DNA of 63,837 nucleotides, counting the filler, from Raillietiella orientalis (taxonomy: Eukaryota), in the NCBI GenBank assembly GCA_036172245.1. It is 4 parts of 4 records of this genome, joined end to end, with 100 filler letters (N's around TTAATTAATTAA, not from the genome) between each part and the next. Parts side by side here need not be neighbours in the genome. Positions count along the whole stretch, not along the records: positions 53,937 to 63,837 come from JAYWIR010000275.1; 3 more parts are not named here. The stretch is one strand, 5' to 3'. The position numbers and the translations under genes were made by a program. Below, one piece after another: positions 58,153-63,837 of this stretch (the stretch's first letter is position 1; each line of letters starts with the position of its first letter). The notes under the pieces were generated by a model. It did no database searches. It saw only the letters and a program-made list of their open reading frames with translations, and had not been told where the DNA came from.

Positions 58153-58269
58153 TGCCCTGTGAGGGCACACAAAAATTGCCGCGGCAGTGGTTTTACGCAC
58201 TGCCTTGGCGGGGTATTGGGTAAAGTTTTCAACTAGCAATAATCGCGGCTCAGTCGCCTTCCTCGCCTA
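58153..58269 (-). ncRNA. U4: U4 spliceosomal snRNA sequence lacking its first ~23 nt
   Basis: TAGGCGAGGAAGGCGACTGAGCCGCGATTATTGCTAGTTGAAAACTTTACCCAATACCCCGCCAAGGCAGTGCGTAAAACCACTGCCGCGGCAATTTTTGTGTGCCCTCACAGGGCA. Contains the metazoan U4 core GCGATTATTGCTA(A/G)TTGAAAACTTT..CCAATACCCCGCC, the kink-turn 5' stem-loop, the central stem GGCAGTG/CACTGCC, the Sm site AATTTTTG and the terminal hairpin TGCCCT-CAC-AGGGCA. Confidence 0.93.
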
Positions 58270-58430
58270 TTTTCCCCAGGTCCCACAAGGGGTGGGGTAA
58301 ATTTATTTTCTGTAAAACATTCACACTACAATCACATTCATACACTTCAACTTTTCCTCATTTGTCACTGGTCACTTTGGCACTTGTGCTTAAAGTTCAC
58401 TTCTGGGCGTCTGAAAAGTCACTGCTCTAC

Positions 58431-61400
58431 TTACCTTGGATCCGCTTGGGTTCGGAGACTTCCTTCTATCCTTCTCAGGATGTGTCGGTAGTTCCAAACT
58501 TGCACTCGTCCGCAGTTTCGGATGCCAATCTCCTTCTGGATCAACCCTTGCAGGATCTCCATCGGAGATATGGCAGTCCTCGTGGTCCTCATCTTCCACC
58601 ACCGCACAAGGATGGCGGTGATGAAAAGGGCGATGGTCACTCTGACCATGGGGTTGTAGCGTGGAACTGTTCCAGTTCCCTGGAACATTCCTGCCAGAAC
58701 GTCCATGGTCGAGGCGTTGTTCAGCCCGATGACCCTTTTCAGGGTTGTCCACTCGGATTGCAATGTGGGGCAGGTCAAGACGTGTCTACCTGAATCCAAT
58801 CCACCACATGCTTTGCAGGTTTCTTCTTCTCGTCGTCCCGTGAAGAGCTTCATTCTCGTGCCACACAGGATCCCCCCATGATAGAACATGAGGAGATTGT
58901 CCTGTGTATCGGGTGGTAGGTCACTCCTCCATAGCACCGTACCGATCGCTAGTGGATTGAATCCACTGCTTGCGTATCGGTCGGCAGCATCTTGGAGGGC
59001 ACTGTGGTCTTGTTCTTCCCTGATGATGTCCTTCCTGTTCTTCTTCGTTACCCTGGACCACGCATGGTTAGGATGGCTTTTCCATACCTCGCGGGTCTTC
59101 AGGGTAACGGATCCACTCATCCTTTCCACGTGACGAAGTACCCGTGAATGATGAAGGTATCTTCGCCGTGTCCAGGATTCCAATTCTCCGAAGGTAACTC
59201 TGGACCGCTGGCGTATCCAGCTCCTCGTGTCATCCTGTACGGGGAGCATCCAAGGGATAACCAGGATGGATTCCTCCTGCCAGAGTTCCTTGCTTCTCGG
59301 GATGATCTTGATTCCCTCGCTCTTGATCAGTCTTTGCTTCCGCCTCCACGTTGGGTCGATGGTTGACCATTCGTCCACTCTGCCGACGAGCGCAGTCATC
59401 AGGCCCCTCGAGTTATTAATTAACAACGAGTATGCCCTATGCGCCGCGTACGGCCAGTCGTCCCAGTTGGAAGACATCTCCAGGATGTGTCGCACGTCCA
59501 TGTTGTTCACGGCGTGTGCAGGCGACTTCATCCCGGTTCCTCCCTCCTCCCTTGGACGACAAAGTGGCTTCAGGCGTACTCTAGGACGGTATCCTCCCCA
59601 CAGGGTCTTCCTCTGCAGCTTTTCCACTTCTCGCTTGGTGTCTTTCGACATGTTGCTGAAGGCCGCTCCGAAAAGTACCTTCGGAAGGAGAACTCCATTC
59701 CAAAGGTTGGCCCTCTGCTTCATGTTGAAGTCCGAGCGCGTGTACTTCGCTCCTTCTTCAGATACTTTCCCCAGGATTTCCTTCCACAACAGTTGGGATG
59801 CGGATGCATCACCAATGTGGATACCTAGGTACTTGATCGTGTCCACCGTACGGAAACCTTCACTCACGAGTGTTGTGAGGTCCAGGATGCCGACGGGCAA
59901 GAGTTTGCTTTTCTGGGCATTGATTTTAAGCCCCAATCCTTTCTCCATGAGCTCAACCACATGCAAGAAGCCTCGCTGATCTCTCTCCCCTTTGAGAAAG
60001 AAGAGAAGGTCGTCCGCGTAGGCGAGATGGGTGAGTCTCTGTTGGTCCACTTTGATTCCTCGGAGATACCCGGTTCTGTCGATGAACGACGAGAGGGCCT
60101 CCATGTAGATGACAAACAGCATCGGACTTAGCGCGTCGCCCTGACGGACTCCGCGTTCCATCCTGATGGCTGCTGTCGCTTCCCCATTGACGGTGATGCG
60201 GAATTCTTGGTCTTGTAGGATCATTCGCACGAAGTTGCGGAAGTATTCTGGGAGGCCCAGTCTTCCTAGAATCTCCAGCAGCATCTCATGGTCCACCGTA
60301 TCGAAAGCCTTATCCATGTCAGTGAAGCCTAGTACCAAGCTCTCGCCGATATATCGGCTGAGTCCAATGGTAGCTTGATGACACTTGACATTGTCCGACA
60401 TGTGGCGTCCAGGCACCACACATGTTTGGACCAGAGAGATCGGCCTCGGCATGACCTTGCCGAGGCGGTTGGCCCAGATCTTCGCCAACCACTTGGCATC
60501 GGAGTTGAGGATCGAGATTGGCCTCCATTGGGTGACCTGCGTGAGGTCGCCTCCTTTTGGTAACAATCTCATCCTACTCTCATAGAAGGATTGCGGTAGT
60601 CGTCCTTCTTCCCTGATGCGTAGCGTCAGCTGGTGGAACAAACGCTGGTAGGCATGCAGGTACCGTTGATAGAGTGAGATGGGAACATTATCAGGGCCCG
60701 CTGCCACATCCTTGAGAAGGTCCTTGAACGCAGCTTTCACTTCTTCGGAGATTTCCTCTCCCAGTATCTTTCGATTCTTTCCATCGACTCGTTTCTCCAG
60801 ATGTTTCAGAAAGCTATTTTCGTATAATTTGCACAGATGTCTGCGTCGGAAGTGTTCCACGTAATGCCTCTGGAAGGCTTCAGTGATGTCTTCCGACGCG
60901 TGCCTGGCACGACCATCGTACTGGATACAGAAGATATCTGTTGCCAGATTCCTCTTCTCCAGCATTCCCACTTCTCCCTTGATGCTTTGGAAGACGTACC
61001 GACTCTCGTACTGTTGCCAGTATTTCGAGAGGGAGCGATCTTGGATGTTCAGCTCCCGGTACGCTTCCTGCCTCAATCTCTTGTCCCCGAACTGCATGTT
61101 GCAGAAGAGGTGGACACGATGTTTCATGCTATCCCAGTCGGCGACTCTGCTGATGGTGGTCGACTGCAGAATCGCCTCCACGAGCTCTTGGTGATAGGGA
61201 TGGGTCTCGAACCATTGGGGCATGAGAGAATTGCCTCCCTCGTTGCCTGAGCCATGTCGAGGGTGTTTTCTGTCCGCAAGGTGAACCTCATCAACGGATG
61301 ATCGGACACAGAGTGGGGAGTGTCTCGAAAACCGAGGACTCGGTTCCCAATGTCGGCACTGTAGAGGACGTGGTCGATCGGCTTGTGGCTCGCAGTCAGC

Positions 61401-61939
61401 CACTGAAGTCCGAACTCGTCGGAAAGCCGCCGATACGCCTCCCTTCCTCTGACGTCCCGGGAATAGATGACTTCATCCAGGATGTTGAAGTCCCCAACGA
61501 TGATGACGATGTCCTTCGCCTGCACTTTCTGGCGGAGGGCTTCATGAAGCACCTCCGCGCACTGGTGCTTTAGGTGGTGCGGCCCGTAAACGTTCACCAG
61601 GAAGAGGTGAACGTTCGCGGACCAGGACAATCGTGAGACGAGAATTCTTCCAGGGACGGGACAGAAGACTTCCAGGATGGTGGCGGCAAGGTGGTTCTTG
61701 ATTGCCGTTGCCACCCCCATGGTGTACCTCTGTCCCACGCTGATGAACAGTTGGACGTTCATTCGTCTCTCCAATTCCAGGCTGATCTGCTGCCCCATCT
61801 CGTGGGTTTCCTGCAGGCAAACGATGTCGAAGTGCCTGATCTTGTGGGCCTTTCTTCCAGTTAAGTTCCCTCTTGCATTCCATGCCAATGACCAGAGGCG
61901 AGATGGTCAGTCTCCGGCTGTCGACAAGGATGAGGCCAT
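58431..61939 (-). pseudogene. C2 ORF2 (APE-RT-C-terminal Zn finger), two lesions in the APE region and otherwise open
   Basis: WNARG, LQETH, NVYGP, VGDFN, SDH; QWRPISILNSDAK, DMDKAFD, GVRQGDALSP, AYADD; CKACGGLDSGRHVLTC. Frameshifts near 61880 and 61240. Confidence 0.92.
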
Positions 61940-61949
61940 AAAGGGGGTG

Positions 61950-63809
61950 TTAATTTTTGCCTTCCTCAGCTTCTTTTGGCGGGGAGACCTTTCTTCTTAC
62001 CGCCGTCGAAGCTGGCTTCTCACTCCCGGCATCGCTCTCTGTGCCGGTGTGGTCTGTCGTATCGTTGTCGTGTTCGCTGGAGCGCTCGAGCTTGGCAACT
62101 GTTTTGCGCGGAAGGTTCTCCAGAGAGACCTTGGCGCAGTAGTTCGCCTTTACGATGTAGAGCTTGTTCTCCAGCCTGCCGCGTTCTTCCGGGTCTATGA
62201 GGGCGTTGATTCCCTCTTGTGTTTCACCAATGCGTGACAGGAGCTTCGCCTGCTGCACTTGGTTCACCTCCGTCTGTACTTCCTCCGCCAGCTTCACCAC
62301 CTCCTCGGTGAGCTGCGCCGCCTCTTGCGAAGCCGGGGTAGCTTCGGTGATTTCCATCACCTCAGCTTCCGGCACTCCCTTCTGCGCAACAACCTCCTGC
62401 TGTTGCTCCACTACCTCGCCAACCGCCTGCTCGCCAACCGCCTGCTCGCCAACCGCCTGCTCGCCAACCTGCTGCATCTCCTCGCCTACCTGCTTCTCGG
62501 CCTGTGCAGAGGAGGAGGATTCGGGCTCCCTCACGAGCATCCTCCTCTTGCCGCCCTTCCCCACCGTCGTAAAGCCGTCCTCAGAAACGGGAGCGGCCTC
62601 CTTCGCCTTCCTCTGCTTCAGTGCTCTCTGAGGCTTGATCACCTCTTCGAGCACTCGCGCCCTGACCGGTGACTGGCCCCTCATCGTCCGGTAATTGGCA
62701 AACTCGGGGCAGCACCATTTTGCGTGCCCTGGGGCCTTGCAAAATGAGCATACCTCCGGCATGCTGCAATCACGGACTTGGTGGCCTTGCTTCCCACAGC
62801 GGAAGCATTTCGATCTGGGACAGACACGCTGCCTGTGGCCAAATGATTTGCAACCGTTGCAGAAAACGGGTTGCGCCCTGTATCTCACAGAGACTCCCTG
62901 ATCGTCACCCTCGAAATGGATGGTTCCAGGAATCTGGGCATCCTCCAACAGCTTCATCCTTACCGTCGCTTCTCCCGAAAAGATCTTCCCCGAAATGTTG
63001 TGGAAATTGCTGTCCAGTACCTCGCCGTACTGTGACAGGCGTTTCCACACCGCCTTCTGTGTAATAAACGGCCCTAGCCCGCTCAGAAAAACGGTGGTGT
63101 ACGGCATTTCGCCAACTCCACACACCATTTTTCCCTGGATGTTGATTCCGGTTTCAATCAACGACTGCCGGAGTTCTTCACAATCGGTGTAGATCGTGAA
63201 CCCGAATGGCCCGGGCACGATCGCCTGAAGCTTATCAAAGTCTACCTGTTGCTTGTACAGCGCCAGGTAGACTTCCCGAATGTTGTGCATTCGTATTAAA
63301 CCGGTCCTGAACGTGACCGTCTTCACGTTTGGGCCCAACTTGACGATGGGCTCGTCAACGTCCCTAATGGGCCCGGACTCGGGCTTCCCAAATTTTCTCT
63401 GCGGCTGGGTTGTTGCCGTCCCAGCCGCCACCGCTGCATAAGAAAATGTTGCCGCCGCCGGCGGCCGCCCCACGGTCGCAGCCGCCGCCGCGCAAGATGG
63501 CGTCGCGTCATTAGCAACGGTTGGGCCTAGGAGCCTTGCCGTTGCTAGGGGCGCTTCCGCCGTCGCCGCCGCCTTCGCAGCCACCACCGTGGCCTGCCTT
63601 GCCTCCACCACCGGTGTGGCGCCAGAAACACACGATTGCCCTACCTCCATGGGCTGAGGCTTCTCCGTGGTTCCCATCCACCGCTGTTCTTGCATCTTGA
63701 CGGGGTGCTGCTGCACCGCCGCCGGGGAGGGTCGCGACTCCTCCACCTTGGACTCCCTCTGGCTGCTGCTGCTGCAGTTGCTGTGGGACGTCCTTGGTTG
63801 CGCACTCAC
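61950..63809 (-). CDS. C2 ORF1, intact, three CCHC zinc knuckles
   Basis: 619-codon open frame with CNGCKSFGHRQRVC, CFRCGKQGHQVRDC and CSFCKAPGHAKWCC. True start uncertain (first ATG ~63695). Confidence 0.9.
   Translation of the reverse strand: MSAQPRTSHSNCSSSSQRESKVEESRPSPAAVQQHPVKMQEQRWMGTTEKPQPMEVGQSCVSGATPVVEARQATVVAAKAAATAEAPLATARLLGPTVANDATPSCAAAAATVGRPPAAATFSYAAVAAGTATTQPQRKFGKPESGPIRDVDEPIVKLGPNVKTVTFRTGLIRMHNIREVYLALYKQQVDFDKLQAIVPGPFGFTIYTDCEELRQSLIETGINIQGKMVCGVGEMPYTTVFLSGLGPFITQKAVWKRLSQYGEVLDSNFHNISGKIFSGEATVRMKLLEDAQIPGTIHFEGDDQGVSVRYRAQPVFCNGCKSFGHRQRVCPRSKCFRCGKQGHQVRDCSMPEVCSFCKAPGHAKWCCPEFANYRTMRGQSPVRARVLEEVIKPQRALKQRKAKEAAPVSEDGFTTVGKGGKRRMLVREPESSSSAQAEKQVGEEMQQVGEQAVGEQAVGEQAVGEVVEQQQEVVAQKGVPEAEVMEITEATPASQEAAQLTEEVVKLAEEVQTEVNQVQQAKLLSRIGETQEGINALIDPEERGRLENKLYIVKANYCAKVSLENLPRKTVAKLERSSEHDNDTTDHTGTESDAGSEKPASTAVRRKVSPPKEAEEGKN
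62415..62470. repeat. 15-bp tandem repeat (about 3.5 copies) encoding EQAVG in C2 ORF1
   Basis: CTCGCCAACCGCCTG repeated; absent from C1. Confidence 0.9.
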
Positions 63810-63827
63810 TGTTTTTCACTATTCACT

Positions 63828-63837
63828 TGCCCTGCGA
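63828..63837 (-). ncRNA. Probable last 10 nt of a second U4 snRNA sequence (window edge)
   Basis: TGCCCTGCGA vs TGCCCTGTGA at 58153-58162. Both are followed on the minus strand by AGTG and then element-specific sequence. Confidence 0.55.

Larger units (their letters stand above)
58270..63827 (-). mobile_element. Full-length Tx1/L1-like element C2 between two U4 sequences
   Basis: The 3' end AATAAATTTACCCCACCCCTTGTGGGACCTGGGGAAAA is joined to U4 nt ~24. The 5' end is preceded by TCGCAGGGCA, matching the U4 terminal hairpin. Confidence 0.93.

Overview
Eukaryotic (animal) repeat-rich DNA with no ordinary host protein-coding gene. The window is four separate contigs joined by 100-nt N spacers containing a TTAATTAATTAA six-frame-stop linker (18001-18100, 35989-36088, 53837-53936), so adjacency across the gaps is not biological. 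Contig 1 is a nested stack of L1-superfamily/Tx1-like non-LTR retrotransposons (CCHC-knuckle ORF1; APE endonuclease + RT + C-terminal Zn-finger ORF2). Contig 2 is a degraded mitochondrial rrnS/rrnL NUMT followed by about 87 copies of a ~180-bp satellite. Contig 3 holds old Ty3/gypsy-like pol remnants and a ~9.7-kb degraded NUMT (rrnL-nad1-cob-nad6-nad4L-nad5-nad3-cox3 plus tRNAs; arthropod-like protein gene order) hit by Tx1-like fragments. Contig 4 holds two head-to-tail, nearly intact Tx1-like elements. Two junction patterns stand out. (1) Family X has three copies, and each visible terminus abuts the codons of the catalytic GDFN motif of another retrotransposon's APE endonuclease, or an 8-bp AYTTCAAT-like duplication of them. 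This suggests a retrotransposon that site-specifically parasitises and disables other retrotransposons. (2) Family C elements are separated by U4 snRNA nt ~24 to the 3' end, and both copies start right after a U4 3' hairpin. This suggests a U4-snRNA-targeting element that regenerates its target. Family letters A, B, C, D, E, F and X are my own labels, and all homology calls are by eye, not from database searches.
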